NCBI RefSeq assembly: GCF_006345805.1
Contig: NC_043004.1
Span: forward strand, 62,558,001-62,622,000
DNA length: 64,000 nt
Direction: 5' to 3'
Source: Octopus sinensis
Lineage: Eukaryota
The first letter of the stretch is position 1. Every line of letters starts with the position of its first letter. The translations under genes were made by a program, and so were the position numbers. Shown piece by piece: positions 14,037 through 29,486 of this stretch. Under the pieces are notes generated by a model, which did not search any database, was not told the origin of the DNA, and saw only the letters and a program-made list of their open reading frames with translations.

Positions 14037-16693
14037 TTAAAAACTAAACTAATAATAATAACACTTCTATCTTCTTAACTCTATAATTGTGCCATTCATT
14101 TCCGCTGATGGCTATGTTAAGCAATGTCAACGTAAAGGGCATTCCAAATAAGAATAATAAGTATAAATATTGCGTCTTAATATCTTGTTTAATAGTCATA
14201 ACGTTCCAGAACCGCTGAAGAAGTGTGTCCAACCAGAAGTAGGAGTGGAAAGTCTCAGTTTAAGTAATATAAACATAACATATCACCCAAGTTACGCTAA
14301 GCATGAGCAATATGAATGCTCATAGCTTCAGTGCTCGTAAACACAATTATGCTCTCTCGGATACAATTACGAAGTAAACCATATAGACTATTTGATCTGG
14401 CAGAAAATTGGTGTATACGAAATTGATGATTGTGATCAATATACATCACTAAGGTTGTACGGTGAACTGGTAGGAACATTACCACGCCGATTGAAAAGTT
14501 AAGTGATATTACGGCCGTCTTTTCGTTCTGTGATCCAATTCTGTAGTAGTCAATTTTTCCTTACATCCTTTAGCGATCAGTAAAATGATTACAAGTTGAA
14601 CACTGGGGCTGATATAATCAAGTTAACCCCTCCCTCAAAATTACTGGCCTTCTGCCTAAATTTGAAACGAATATATATAGTCACCAAGTGTTTGTTTTTT
14701 TACCGGTTATAACAGAAATGAAATAAACCACAGGCACTTTTGCAAGAAAACATTCACTAAATACTGGCTTGCGTAATATGAAAATGAAAACAATGTATGT
14801 TATAGCAATTTCAACAATTGCAATAATACGTTAAGAGGATAAATAATACTGAGTTTTCATTACTATGTGTGCTATATTTTTCTTTCTTTCATGAAAAGTA
14901 AGTTGGTATTAAACGTATTCTTTCATTACATTATTACATTGTTTGTATTCATATACTGTATTGGATATTTGAAATGCCAGTTTAGGCCATAGTTGGTCCC
15001 GTTGAGAAATATACTTTTTGAATATAGGTGGAATTTTTTGTTTTATGTATATGGAACAAACATTTATATATTATTTATAATAGCAGCGAGTCATTGTTAT
15101 ATGCGACAGTTTAATATTTTAGCCTTCGTTCGCTTCTCGAACGTATTATGGATAATGCAACTATAAACGGATGACATGCGACAAATTAGTTTTCATAGGT
15201 CGGTGATATTTTTATTTTATATTTTATATCTTTTCATATCTGATGCCTCTGTGGAAAGTTATATGAAGAATATTTAATAAAATTTATTCCGTTTTCACTG
15301 ATGTCTGCCAGTTACCTGGTTTCAGACAACAGTTCTGTGCATATAATCTGCTTTGAAATGTATATGAATGCAGCGAATTTCATCGAAATTTCTGTCAATG
15401 TTACATAAACCAGTTTCGTGATTCAGAAATACTCACAATAATTTCCATACTCTTTTCAATTTATTTTAAACAGGCATTATACTTTCTTTTATCATTTTTT
15501 GAAAACTATGGACGAATACATTCCATACTATTCTATCGAAACTTAGTAGCAAACAGTTTTAATGAGAGTATAAATCAATATATTTACAATTTAGAATTCA
15601 CATTTTTCAATAACACAATATTTTTTTGAAATGCGTTATTTTTTATTTGGATGTTACAAATTACATTTTATTAAGTGGAACAAAAATGAGAAGAAATACA
15701 TGATTGAAACATTCTTAATTCATTTTTTTATCGTTGACAAACCATTCATGAAACAACTTAAATTGAGACTCCAAGCGACTATGCTGGATTCTATAATAAA
15801 AATTCACACAAGGAATTCTTTGGCATAAATTTTGCAAGTCACAATTTGCTTCCTTTGACTGTCACGGTCACTATTTTTGGTTCTTTAAGGATAAAATGCA
15901 GCGATTCCGCACAGTCTATTACATAATCTAATGAACAGTTATGTGGCAACACGATGTTTTCAGGTCCATACAGTTTCCTCCGATGTGATATTATTATTGA
16001 TGTTTTCACAGGCCTTGACTCCGGAGAGCCTACACTGCTTGGATTATTGACCGACATTTTATTTCTCTTCTTTTTATAATTTAGTAAATAAAATGTGTTC
16101 GCAAATTATATTGCGATGGATTCGGTGACATAGAAAGCAATTAAAAACAATAAGAAAATGTTCATTGTTTTGTAAATTCTAACAATATGAATGGGATAAT
16201 ATGTAAGCGACACAAAAATAGTTGAAGTCTCAGTAGCCACAAGCACTGCTCTAGCGTGCATATCATAAAACTTGCGTGGAGCAAGAACAGAAGTTATTTA
16301 CTCAGTGAGACTTTGTTGATCCTGGCATATGTAAACACAACAAGAATTTACAGGAGAATTTAGACAATTATTTCCCAATGTTGAAATAAACATTTAATCG
16401 AAGATTAAAAGGTAAGGAAAGGGATTGATGCGAACTAATATGATTTCGTAAGACATACTACCCAAAGATTAATGGCATGTATCTCATTATAGATTTGGTC
16501 AGGCAGAGTTTAATCGTGGTCAACGAATTAGGATGTTTCGATTAAGATTGGCATTATAGCCATAAATATGTCTTCAGCTTCGCTCTGTGCACGCAGGTCA
16601 AATTCGGCTGAGGAAATCACAGGCGTAGTATGATATTCGGCAAGATGGAGGCATATCATATTTAGAACAATGCATGTTGGTACACACACACAC

Positions 16694-16746
<53 letters not shown>

Positions 16747-18077
16747 CACACTCTCACACACACATACTATGCTGTGATAAATTTGAAAATAAAACCGCAT
16801 CTTCATGGGATTTATTTCCGTTTTTAGCATTTGTAAAACGATACAGTGTTTCATATACCGCTTATGAAGTTTATTCCTGTTTCATATATTGCCGTACAAA
16901 TTTGCTCAAAGTACTAATTCCTCATATGAATTAATGAATTATATGTGAGCAGTATTTCAAAAGGTTTGAAAGTCTCTGTTCAGAACATTCACTTATATTA
17001 AGTGTGCGATTTATTTTATATCAGTAAACGAACCACATTAATTTACTACAGAAGTTTGCACTGATGCACAATTAACAGTAGTACATGACTGTGGATTTGC
17101 TGATAAGTCATGTTTTAAAACTATATTTCCAAATATATTACCTTTGTAGTTTTATCTCTATTATGATTGTAGAAGAGAAACCCATAGTGGTACGCGAAGG
17201 AAAAAAAGCATGATGACTGAATTATTGATTTCTTATTGTTATCGAACGACTGCTTCTTCGTGTATACGTTTAGCTTTCATGTATAGATTAGAATAATTTA
17301 AAAACACGTTGTATTAAAGGAACAATAATAAACGTCGTTAATTTCGTAGAGATGATTGAGGATTATTACGAAAGAGTTTCTAGAAGAAAGCAGCAAACAA
17401 AATGATGTTTTGACAGAGTATTAAGAGAGGAAAACCAAAAGATGTTTTACATCCGTTCATTTAATGTAAATATCAGGATCTTTATAAACGAGAACTGCTG
17501 ATACACTGGTTATTCGAGTGTAATCTTCAGATTTCGTGTACAAAGCATGAATATAATATATAAAAGCGATAAACTAATTGATTGACTAGATGTCACCCAA
17601 AATGATAGTTTTGTATTTCGGTTTCCATCTATAACATTCGTTAGAAGACACATGGTTATTAATGTACCTATCATTTTATATTTAATTTCTGCAGAATCAC
17701 TGTCTGTTAAAATACGGTTCCTAATCACGGTACGAAATGAAAGACGTATTTCAAACTTAGAATTGAAAAGCCAGTTACATAGGTCATATTTACTATAATC
17801 ATGGTCAAAATTGAACATGCAAAATAAATTGACACGCATGCCGTTTTAAAGTGAATGGAGAGCAGCACAGACACATACAATGTGTTTCGTTGGAAACAGC
17901 GTACCAAGGTATCTTTCAGCATAGGATTAACTGGACAATGTCATTTATTGTAAAAAAATATGTATGTAACGACAAGCCTGGGCGATAATAAAGAATAAGC
18001 TACACAAATGCCCAAAAGAAACAAATGTAAATCTTCGTATCGCCACAACTGCATCATTCTAATATTGAGCAACAAAT

Positions 18078-18200
18078 CGCTCTCAGTTCGAATCCCCCGA
18101 GGTCGTCTTTGACTTTTATTCTTTCGGGGTCGATAAATTAAGTAGCAGTTACGTACTGGGGTCGCTCTAATCGACTGGCCTTGTGCCGTGAGTAGAAAAG
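18078..18200 (+). mobile_element. 5'-truncated SINE family D (Nin-domain-like) with TSD
   Basis: B-box-like GTTCGAATCCC, core CTTTCGGGGTCGATAAATTAAGTA. Flanked by a 17-bp direct repeat AATATTGAGCA(A/T)CAAAT at 18061-18077 and 18201-18217. Confidence 0.75.
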
Positions 18201-18790
18201 AATATTGAGCATCAAATAAACTAAAGAACCTTGAATACGCAACACATGCAAAGGTGGTACATATAAGTATTTTTGTTATATCTAAGTCTTATTATCAAAT
18301 ACTTACTTAGATAGTCATACATGATATAATACACATTCCGGGTAATCCTATACAATTTCTGGACCTGATATAATCTGAGGAATGCATTATACTAATAGTA
18401 AGAAGATATCCAATTTATACAGGTTTTACTCGAGATTTGCATCAACAGTTTTTCTTTTCATATGGAATTTCTCCTAAAACATACTTTATCTGAAAGTTGA
18501 ATCCTTAGATCACTTCACCTAAACGCACGGGTATACATATTCGACAATGTTCCATTGTAATGTCTATCTTCAATGAATATGTACTGCAAGTGAACAAGTA
18601 AATTACCATAACTGCTGCATTTAAAAGGCACTGGGACATTTGTCCCGCAAAAACACGCATGTGATGCGAATTTTAAAAAATGGTGGATATACATACATAT
18701 ATACATACATACACATATATACACACATATATAAGTATGTATATATGTATCTATACATAAGTTTGTGTATGTATGCATATATATATATAT

Positions 18791-18878
<88 letters not shown>

Positions 18879-20278
18879 CTTCTCGGTGAGATCTTAATTA
18901 TATTCTCTATAGGCTATATGAAATCTGGTAAGGCGATCTCAGGATTTACCGATCAGGTGAATTACAGTTTAATTATTTTTTTTAATCAATTTTTTATGTA
19001 CTCTATCTTTGAATCTGGTTCATCAGATCTGGAGTATATGAGAGTGTTGTACTTGTTCGGATTCTGACTCCCGATTCTTTTTCGCTATACCTATTTATGT
19101 ATGTATGTGTGAAGGTATGTACGTATACACATATTTTTATATATGCATGCATACATATTTGCATGCCTGCATACAAGTGTGAACATGCACTTAGATCAAC
19201 TCTTCTCTAATAACATTTAGATTAACTTGAATAGATCTATAAACAAATCAATCCTTTCTCTCACTATTTCTGATATATTTTTTCATGTGGTGTCGCTATA
19301 TCCATCATGGCTCTCTTTTAATTTTTAAAGTGGCCTTGTGATTCTGTTTTCGAGAAATGTGTTTGTTTTTGTCGATCTGTCTGTCTGTCTGTAGTTCATT
19401 CGTATCTATATTAGAATTTTTTTCGATTTGGATACAGCTACTTTAATTTGTGAAGCAGTAAGAATTATAAAATAACATTTTGAGAACTTCTTTAGGTGGG
19501 GAATGTCTTCATTTCGCAATGCCCAGCACATTTTTTCATCGTGTGTCAGTCAAAGAATTTGGAAGAACGTTTAACATTTCATTGATTTGCCTGGAAGCTT
19601 TGAGTGAGAAAAAGGGGAACTTCAATGCAACAATACTGCTTCACAAATTACTTTTCATACGGAGTGTTTTATTAGCATAAGCCTGCATAGATTGGACTTC
19701 AACAAAGAGATACTACCAGTTGGTGAAGGAGTAAACACTTAAAGCGCGCCAATACGTTGCATCACATTAGGGACAAAGAAGTTTGCTCTGTCGTATATTT
19801 TATCGAATAAAGCGCTCCATTTAAAACATGAATACGATTATCTATACAATATATACTTACTTGTCGAGAATCTTATAATTCATCAGCATTATATCGTAAC
19901 TTAGCAGAAGCATCCTTTAATAGAGTAATGCATTGACATTGTAGGAAAGATGTAATGCGATTTAATACTTAAGTAAAAAATAAATTGTATGTATCATTAA
20001 ATAAACTTATATTGAATAACGTAGTGCAGATATTTCAGATTGCTAACATAAGATAATGCACATATTGATCTTTCTTTTAAGTTGAAACGCTTATATTTTA
20101 TTATCAGGATACATACATGCATAATTACATTCATGAAACATATAATGGCGTCTCTCTCTCTCTTTCTCTCTCTCTGTATATACACATACATACACACACA
20201 TATATATATATATATATGTGTGTGTGTATATATATATATATACATATATACATATATATGTATATATATATATATATA

Positions 20279-20301
20279 GATAGATAGATAGATAGATAGA
20301 C

Positions 20302-20342
<41 letters not shown>

Positions 20343-20396
20343 TATAGATAGATAGATAGATAGATAGATAGTTAGATAGATAGATAGATAGATAGT

Positions 20397-20468
<72 letters not shown>

Positions 20469-20498
20469 CAGATAGATAGATAGATAGATAGATAGATA
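20279..20498. repeat. (GATA)n microsatellite
   Basis: Direct reading. It explains the IYLS/YLSI pseudo-ORFs. Confidence 0.95.
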
Positions 20499-22104
20499 CA
20501 TACATACATATACATTTACAAACAAAAACCTCGTTTACATATGCATATTTATATGTCTCAGAGCATTAAATTTTAATGCATATATTTTTACAATTTTTTG
20601 TGACCAACTAAAGTTAGCGTTTTGCGTCCTTTATTGCTATTGGAGTACTTCCCTTTATATTGTTTCAGAATACATTATCTGTATCTCTTTTGTGCCTGTC
20701 CATAATATTGTATGCGTGAGTGTGTGTGTTTGTATGTGTGTTTGTGTGTGAGTGAGTGTGTCTGTGCGTGAGTAATTGTGTGTATGTGTGTTTGTGCGTG
20801 TGTAAGTTTGTGCGTATGTTTGTGTGTGCGTGTGTCCGTTTTTCTGTTATACTCTAAGTCGTCAATCTCCTCGGACTTGATTGCCAAAAGGCAAGTATTT
20901 CTTGCAGATCTTGATAACCAATAAACCCTATTTATGCTATAAAATTCGTAAAACATGCATTACGACAATAATAGAAGGTGGAATCATCTCCTTCAAGTAC
21001 ATTTCTGTAGACGGTATTTGATTTAACCAGCTTCATCAAATCGCCAGATTCTGTTTCTCTTAGTCATTCCGATACTGATGAGCATGGTGCAATATGGCGT
21101 TTAAACTCTACTTGCATCATGCATCATGGCAGTATATCTCTACTGCACCATGCCAGAAAAAGCAGATAACAAACGTTTGACTTTAAATTGTATCTCATCA
21201 TCTGAAGTATGAAATGACCGATTTGGCAAAGTATTCCGTAAAGAATCAACACTCCTGAATGAAATAGTCATAAGAACAAATAGTCCTTATGCGAAACCTC
21301 GATCTCCTAGAAATAACAACCTCATCTCCACTCCCTCAGTGTCTACTGTCTTTAACAGAATTAAGTAATGCATTTTGCTCGGATATATTTGATCGCAGAG
21401 AGCACTTTCTTTAGCGTCAACTTTATATCTGAAACATTTTGTCCCTGCTTTCATTATATCATTATATTCGCAGCTATTTGCAACTCAATTTCTTTACAAA
21501 ATAAATAATAATAACTATAACAATAAACAAGTAATCCTTCTGCAACACTTGTTGTGAGCAATATGAGTGGGTGAAGTAATTAATGGCACTGCATAGTGCA
21601 CATTACTTTGCAAACATATTCACTCCTCTGCTTCACACTGATATATAAAAAGGAAGTTATAGGGGGACACAAAGAATGAAAAGTGCTGGAGAACGATGAA
21701 ACAGAAAAAAATATTTATTGCCAAACTCCCCACCCCCACCCCAGCTGATTGAAGGCAAATTTGAACACAGGGATAGAAGAGAAAAAAAAATGGAGTACGT
21801 TCTAACACCAGAACAATTCTGTCACATCACCATCCTTTTCCGATGTATCATTTGGTGAGGTCTATTTCACAAATATCGGTTCACTGACAGCACAGGTCTA
21901 ATCGTATCACCAACCTAAGTTTTAAGAAGTAAAACTTCGGTTAGGATCTGTCGAAAACTGCTCCGACAACATCCCTCATACAATATCCCAGCACTATCCA
22001 AAGGAAACTTATAAACGTTTACATGAACTCACTTTAACCTGATATGCGAAAGTTATGCTCGCTGCAGCCGTAGTCAGTACACGATATTTCCTGTTTGTTG
22101 ATAT

Positions 22105-22258
<154 letters not shown>

Positions 22259-22298
22259 ATATATACTTTATTTTAAGCAGCAGAAAATTCAACAAAAT

Positions 22299-22336
22299 CT
22301 GTTACTCTGAGTTTCTCGTTGCCGTTCATCAGACAG
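22299..22336 (-). ncRNA. Type I hammerhead motif in the PLE pseudo-LTR (element sense)
   Basis: Reverse complement CTGT-CTGATGA-ACGGCAACGA-GAAA-CTCAGA-GTA-ACAG. Confidence 0.65.
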
Positions 22337-23760
22337 TTTTTGCTAGAATGGAACTTATATATTAATCCAATCTATACTCTTACAAACGCTACACCTTTAA
22401 AAAGAAATGGACTTGTTTGATTGGCCCTTTAGAAAAAACGGTCAATCTTCGGGCGATAAACAAAAAGGTCAAAAATATATGTATATATATATATAAAAAA
22501 AATATAAAAATTATAAAAATTATAAAATCCGAGGAAAAAACCGAGGAAAAAACCTATTGCCGTTAATGAAGACAGTACAAATTAATGCATAGAAATTAAA
22601 CCTGTTATAAATACTGCAATACATATTTATATTAAAATCCACATATATATATCAATATACACAAAAGGATGCGCGTAAACGCCATACATACATTTACAGA
22701 CGTATGAATATGAATCTAAATTATACACATAAAAGCATGTGTACATATATTCACGCAAACCGTCTCGCACGCAAGCTAAAATTCATCTATGTAGCAATTC
22801 TCATACACTGAGCAAGGAGGGGGAACGAAAGAAAGGGAAAGAGAGAAAAAGGAACGAAAGAGGGGGGGGAACTTGTAGCGATGTTATTGGCATCTATAGA
22901 GGCCAGTATACATACACAAGTTTGGATTGATACATATACATACCGTCGTGTGTATGCGTGCTTAAGCACAAGCATACTTTCACTTACACATACACAGATA
23001 CGCATGCTTACAAATACATATGCTTTGCTATACATATACTTATATAAACATTCTAATTTTGACAACATTGCTTTTTTTAAAAAAAAACATTGCTTTTAAA
23101 AAATGGGTGCATTAATAAAAATATATACGAAAGACATATAAAATAAAATATAACATCCTATTTTGGGTCATTTATAAATAATCAGGGTAATATAAATAAT
23201 CAAGGTAATCCTATGCAATACAATAACATGAAAACAAAGTTTGTAGGTTTTTCCTAATATATATGTAAAAACAATAAGACTTTGCTATAGATCCGTCGTA
23301 GCGCTTAAGAGTCAAAATCAAAAATCAAAAATCAAAATACAAAATATATACTCTATCCATATGGTATATTTATATTCGACATTTTAATTTAGCCGCATGC
23401 CTACATAAGTTCATTAACTCACTTCTTTGATTCAAAGAATTATTGTCTTTGAATAAGATGTGCATTTTCTCTAATAAGCAAAGCTTGCACTTGAAATTAT
23501 ATTTGTAAGCTCCATGCCTGTATGGTGCCGCCCTGTCCAGAATGCTCCATGTCACGTTGAAAGGTGGGGCTTCCTTTTCTTTTAGTTCCCAGACATTTTT
23601 TTATATATATATATACATATATTTTTGACCTTTTTGTTTATCGCTCGAAGATTGACCGTTTTTTCTAAAGGGCCAATCAAACAAGTCCATTTCTTTTTAA
23701 AGGTGTAGCGTTTGTAAGAGTATAGATTGGATTAATATATAAGTTCCATTCTAGCAAAAA

Positions 23761-23798
23761 CTGTCTGATGAACGGCAACGAGAAACTCAGAGTAACAG
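23761..23798 (+). ncRNA. Type I hammerhead motif in the inverted pseudo-LTR
   Basis: Helix I CTGT/ACAG; core CTGATGA(23765-71); stem II CG-GCAA-CG closed by an A.A mismatch; GAAA; near-palindromic ACTC-A-GAGT helix III; GTA triplet (23792-94). Confidence 0.65.
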
Positions 23799-23899
23799 AT
23801 TTTGTTGAATTTTCTGCTGCTTAAAATAAAGCATATTACTCTACCACTGGTATTTGAGTACTCTTTTTTCCACCTTGTTTCACATTTATGTGTTACTCC

Positions 23900-24063
<164 letters not shown>

Positions 24064-26099
24064 TTTATGTATGAATGCATGCATGTATTTATGTACATAA
24101 CTATGTCTATATGTCTATATGTGTGTATGTATGCATGTATTTAAGTATGTATATATGTATGTATTTATGTATATATGCATGTATACAAGCGTGCATGTTA
24201 CTCAGTCTGATTCTTATAATTTATGGCCAATAGAGAAAGTATGGGTTTCTTACTGAGATGTAAGGGTAGTTCATTGGAATTTCAAATAGCATCACCATGT
24301 ATGTGTATATGTATGCCGTATTTGAAGTGAATGAATGTCTAGATTTGTATGAGCTTTTCATGCATATATTCGCATGTCTAATCATGAGCCTGTATGCGAA
24401 AATGCTATATTTCTGTAAAATTTCACACATGACGTCAGTTTCGTTAATGGCTTGAATTTGTAATCTAATTAGGCCTCTCCTTTCTTACGTTAGAATCGTA
24501 AATTCTCAAGATCGGTGCTTAAGCGGTTTGGTACACAACTTAGTCCCACAATACTTACAAGCTAAAAACCTGAAATTGTAATCCGAGAAGAGTAACAATA
24601 AATTTCCGCGTAGATGTTTTCTTTATCGCTGATGTTTAGATTTGTTTTGACATTAATTCAGCAACTTATTTTCAATAGTGTTCATAGATTTTCTGATGAG
24701 CCTCAAATTACAATGCCTGGTTCATTATCTTTAGAATTTATTGGGATTTACTCTAGGACATCCAGCAGTACTCTTTCATATCATGAGTGGCTATGTCATC
24801 TGTCATATTGTACGCCGCTATCTCTTTGGACTCGTATTTATCCTTCTGACATATTAGACTGTACAGTGACTTGACTACAACACAATGTCTCATCGGTAGA
24901 TAAGCTCACAATGTCATTTTGGAATAACTTTTTTATGTTATGGATTGTATATTCGGTGTGGACTTCACAAGTTTGTTTGCACCCCTGTCCATTTTGTGCA
25001 TCAGGTATTTGATTGTATATTCGGTGCGAACTCCACAAGTTTGTTTGCGTCCCTCTCCATTTTGTTGCAATTTCCTGTTCTCTGATTGTAAATGCATGCT
25101 CTTCAAAATGAGGGCTAGAAATCCGGATTGTGGTCCATGATAGACTACTAAGTTTATCAATGTTTCTGTCATCCAGGAGCTCTATAGTAACATATCCATC
25201 CATGGTCCCTGCTGATATACACTCGTTCTTTCATGTGATGATACTCTGCGGTAGAGTGGTGTGTGGGGCGGAGTGGGAGGTCCGCGCGCACTTGCATGTG
25301 TACCTGTGTATGTATGAGTATGTATGAGAGTTTAGTCCATTGAAATAAGCGTTCTGAAGCACAAATGCGAAATTACTGGCAAACAAATTAAACGGAATCA
25401 TTGATAGTATGATGTTATATAACTATGAAATGAAAAGAGAATAAACGTAAATGAAAAAATTCGGATAACACCAACAGTGTTTATCTCATTTCACCTACCG
25501 AATTCTTTAGACATTGGAATATAGCCTCAAGTGAAAAATAAAATATTCTAAACCTGAAATTTTATTAAATACTCAGCTTCCGAGTAATTTACGTTCACGT
25601 TTATATCCTATGGTTGATTAAAAGTGAATCATCATGAGTGGAATTGTGCACGAAGTATTATCTGATGTTTATATCCCCCAAGATGAAAGTACATGATCAT
25701 AAGATATTTTATAATTAAAAATATTCTTCCCTACAAAAAATTCTCCCTCTGGTATTTAATAAACTATGTTTTTGTACTTAATGACATTACCTGTTTCTGA
25801 AAATCATGAGCAATTTTTATCAACTTTAGCTACTTTTGAATCGTTCTGTATAAATTAATCACATTATACTTCAACAAATATGAACTTTTTTTTGTTTTTT
25901 AATATAGCCTCGAGAATGAGACGAATACGGAATTTCTTTCAACTGACTCCTTTAATCTTAAACACTCAAAGCTGTTTGAAAGTAATCTTTTAATGAGTGT
26001 GTTTGAGGGGGAGATAGTGGATACGTGTGTCTGTGTATATGATATTATGCAAGTAGATATACATCTATTTATATCTCTCTAAATATAATACATAGGCAT

Positions 26100-26520
26100 A
26101 CATTCATACCTACATACCTACATGCATACATACATACATGCATAAATACATACACATATACATGCATACACGCAGGCACATACATGCATACAAACATACA
26201 AACATACAAACATACATACAAACATACAAACATACAAACATACATACATACATACATACATACAAACATACATACATACATACAAACATACAAACATACA
26301 TACATACATACATACAAACATGCATACAAACATACAAACATACATACATACAAACATACATACATACATACAAACATACAAACATACATACATACATACA
26401 TACAAACATGCATACAAACATACAAACATACATACATACAAACATACATACATACATACAAACATACAAACATACATACATACATACAAACATGCATACA
26501 AACATACAAACATACATACA
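26100..26520. repeat. Compound (CATA/CAAA)n microsatellite with higher-order period
   Basis: The CATG variant unit recurs at 26319, 26407 and 26491 (88- and 84-bp spacing). Confidence 0.9.
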
Positions 26521-27067
26521 GGCGTGGTTGTGTGCTAAGAAACTTGATTCACAAACACGTGACCAGATTCAATCCCATTGCGTCGCACCTTGAGTAAGTG
26601 TCTTCTACTACAGCCTCAGGTCGTCTTAAGCCTTGTGAGTGGATTTGGTAGACGGAAACTAAAAGAAGCCCGTTGTACATGTGGAAAATAATGGAGGGTC
26701 TTGCTCCAAATTTCGGAATTGACGTCTACAACAATCTACGAACTGAACGGCCCTGCAGAGTAGCAAAGGTTCCATCCTATCCATCGAGAATACGTAACCA
26801 GTATTGTAATAAATTGAAACTCAAAGGACTACAACTTTTTAATGCCCTACCAGAGAACATCAGTCGGCTGCAAATTGTATACATGGAAGTTTTCAATAGA
26901 CATCTAGACAGCATTTTATCTGCAATGTGGGGTGAACCCACGTCAAGGCTGGAGGCACAAAGAAGAGCGGCAACGTCCAACTAGCTACTTCGCTAGAAGC
27001 AGTACTGGAAAAATTCTCGGACACATTAAAGGCGGTGCACCAGCATGACCAGTCTCTGACTGAACAA
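26521..27067 (+). mobile_element. Chimeric retroposon: SINE A head/core (26521-26677) fused to the 3' end of a CR1/Jockey-group LINE
   Basis: The SINE A sequence stops at AAGAAGCCCGTTGTA. It is followed by YMWKIMEGLAPNFG...GLQLFNALPE...AQRRAATSN (LINE ORF2 C-terminus) and tail ATTAAAGGCGGTGCACCAGCATGACC. Confidence 0.8.
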
Positions 27068-27481
27068 TATACTATATATATATATATATATATATATAGG
27101 TACAGGCCTAGAGAGGAGAAAGTAGTTTAACTCACATGGGCATGACTCTGGGTTCAGTCACGCTGTGTGGTACTATAGGGTGCTGCCATTTACTACAACT
27201 CTGCCATTCTGTGTTTGTCCATCATCACCGTTTGAGAAGCACTACGATGATTCCGAGACTTAATAAAATAATTGCTATGGTCGATTCGTTAAAACTGAAT
27301 TCGCCTACGTATTGGTCTAGCATACTCGCTGTCCAACGAACGAAACAAGGTGCACATAGATCGGTACTTTCCTATAAGTTTTGTGCGTGTGAGTGTTTGT
27401 GTGTCTGTGTGTGTGTGTGTGTCAGTGTGCGTGTGTTTGCAAAGTGCTGACCAACTGGTTAATATCAATAATTAGTCGTGA

Positions 27482-27797
27482 GGGCGCGTGGCTTAGTGGT
27501 TAGGGCATTCGGCTCATGATCGTAAGGTTGTGAGTTCGATTCCCGGCGACGCGTTGTGTCCTTGAGCAAGACACTTTATTTCACGTTGCTCCAGTCCACT
27601 CAGCTGGCAAAAATGAGTTGTACTTGTATTTCAAAGGGTCAACCTTGTCACTCTCTGTGTCACGCTGATTATCCCCGAGAACTACGTTAAGGGTACACGT
27701 GTCTGTGGAATGCTCAGCCATTTGCGCGTTAATTTCACGAGCAAGCTGTTCCGTTGATCGTATCAGCTGGGACCCTCGTCGTCGTAACCGGCGGAGT
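27482..27797 (+). mobile_element. tRNA-derived SINE family B (head/core shared with E, tail shared with C)
   Basis: A/B boxes TGGCTTAGTGG / GAGTTCGATTCC; core GTGTCCTTGAGCAAGACACTTTATTTCACG; tail CCCTCGTCGTCGTAACC. Confidence 0.88.
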
Positions 27798-28110
27798 CTT
27801 TTTTTTAGAAATCAATAGTTAGTATTAAGTGTTCTACAGTGAGAGAAAAAGAGAACAGCGTAGCAATAATTTACTACGCGAACTATTTGCCGAGATGTGC
27901 TGTAGATGCAAATTTGTTTAAGATTTAATTAGTAGTGATTTTCTATGCGTATTCTTTTCCTGAACATCGATAGAGAGCAAAATATAGCGACAAGGTAGAT
28001 GTATATATTGTGCGTCTTTGTGTATATGTGTATTTGTCTCCCTAAAGTACAGAGTACTATTATATAAACCAGGTGGATACCATCTATTTGATGCTGCGCA
28101 ATATCTACAA

Positions 28111-28172
<62 letters not shown>

Positions 28173-28190
28173 TATAGCATATATATACAG

Positions 28191-28731
<541 letters not shown>

Positions 28732-28750
28732 TATTATATATATTTAGTCG

Positions 28751-28794
<44 letters not shown>

Positions 28795-28815
28795 AATATA
28801 TATAGATACCGCGTG

Positions 28816-28859
<44 letters not shown>

Positions 28860-28894
28860 TATATATATATATATATATATGTATTATAAATGTA

Positions 28895-28925
<31 letters not shown>

Positions 28926-29103
28926 TATATCTATATATATATTATATATACAATATATTCTATATATACCTATATATATTATATATATATCTATCTATAT
29001 ATATATATAATATAGATCATATATTATATATATACCACATACATATATATATATATATGTATATTATATATATATATATATAGATATATATATATATATA
29101 TAT

Positions 29104-29362
29104 ATTGGAGGGCAATGGACTAGTAGTGAGGGCAGCGGTCTCGTGGTCACTAGGATCGCGGTTTCGATTCCCAGACCGTACGTTTTGACTGTTTATTGAG
29201 CGAAAACACCTAAATCTCCACGAGGCTTCGGAGGGGATGGTGGCGAACCCTGCTGTACTTTTTCACTACAACTTTCTCTCACTTTTACTTCCTGTTTCTG
29301 TTGTGCCTGTAATTCAAAGAGTCACGCAGAATATCCCCGCGAACTACGTTAAGAGTACACGT
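29104..29362 (+). mobile_element. SINE family C, 3'-truncated inverted duplicate of 28352-28610
   Basis: Shares AGTAGTGAGGGCAGCGGTCTC, ACCGTACGTT and the deletion giving AATTCAAAGAGTCACGCAG with the left copy. About 95% identical by eye. Confidence 0.88.
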
Positions 29363-29396
29363 ATATATATATATATCCACGCTGCAATTGTTTTAG

Positions 29397-29433
<37 letters not shown>

Positions 29434-29441
29434 GAAACGAA

Positions 29442-29486
29442 GTCAGTGAACAGGTCGCGGTCTTATAGCGACGGAAATATTTTGAC
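29442..29486 (+). ncRNA. Hammerhead-like motif with a GUGAACA (G3:C8) core in a short non-coding repeat (about 29435-29573)
   Basis: Helix I GTCA/TGAC; GTGAACA plus G; stem II GTCGC/GCGAC; GGAA (A13G in this copy); palindromic AATATT; TTT triplet. Confidence 0.55.

Noticed and set aside
24943-25078. Two spaced direct repeats resembling a mini CRISPR array
   Set aside because: It is a contiguous 68-bp tandem duplication with no unique spacer, in a eukaryotic context with no cas genes.
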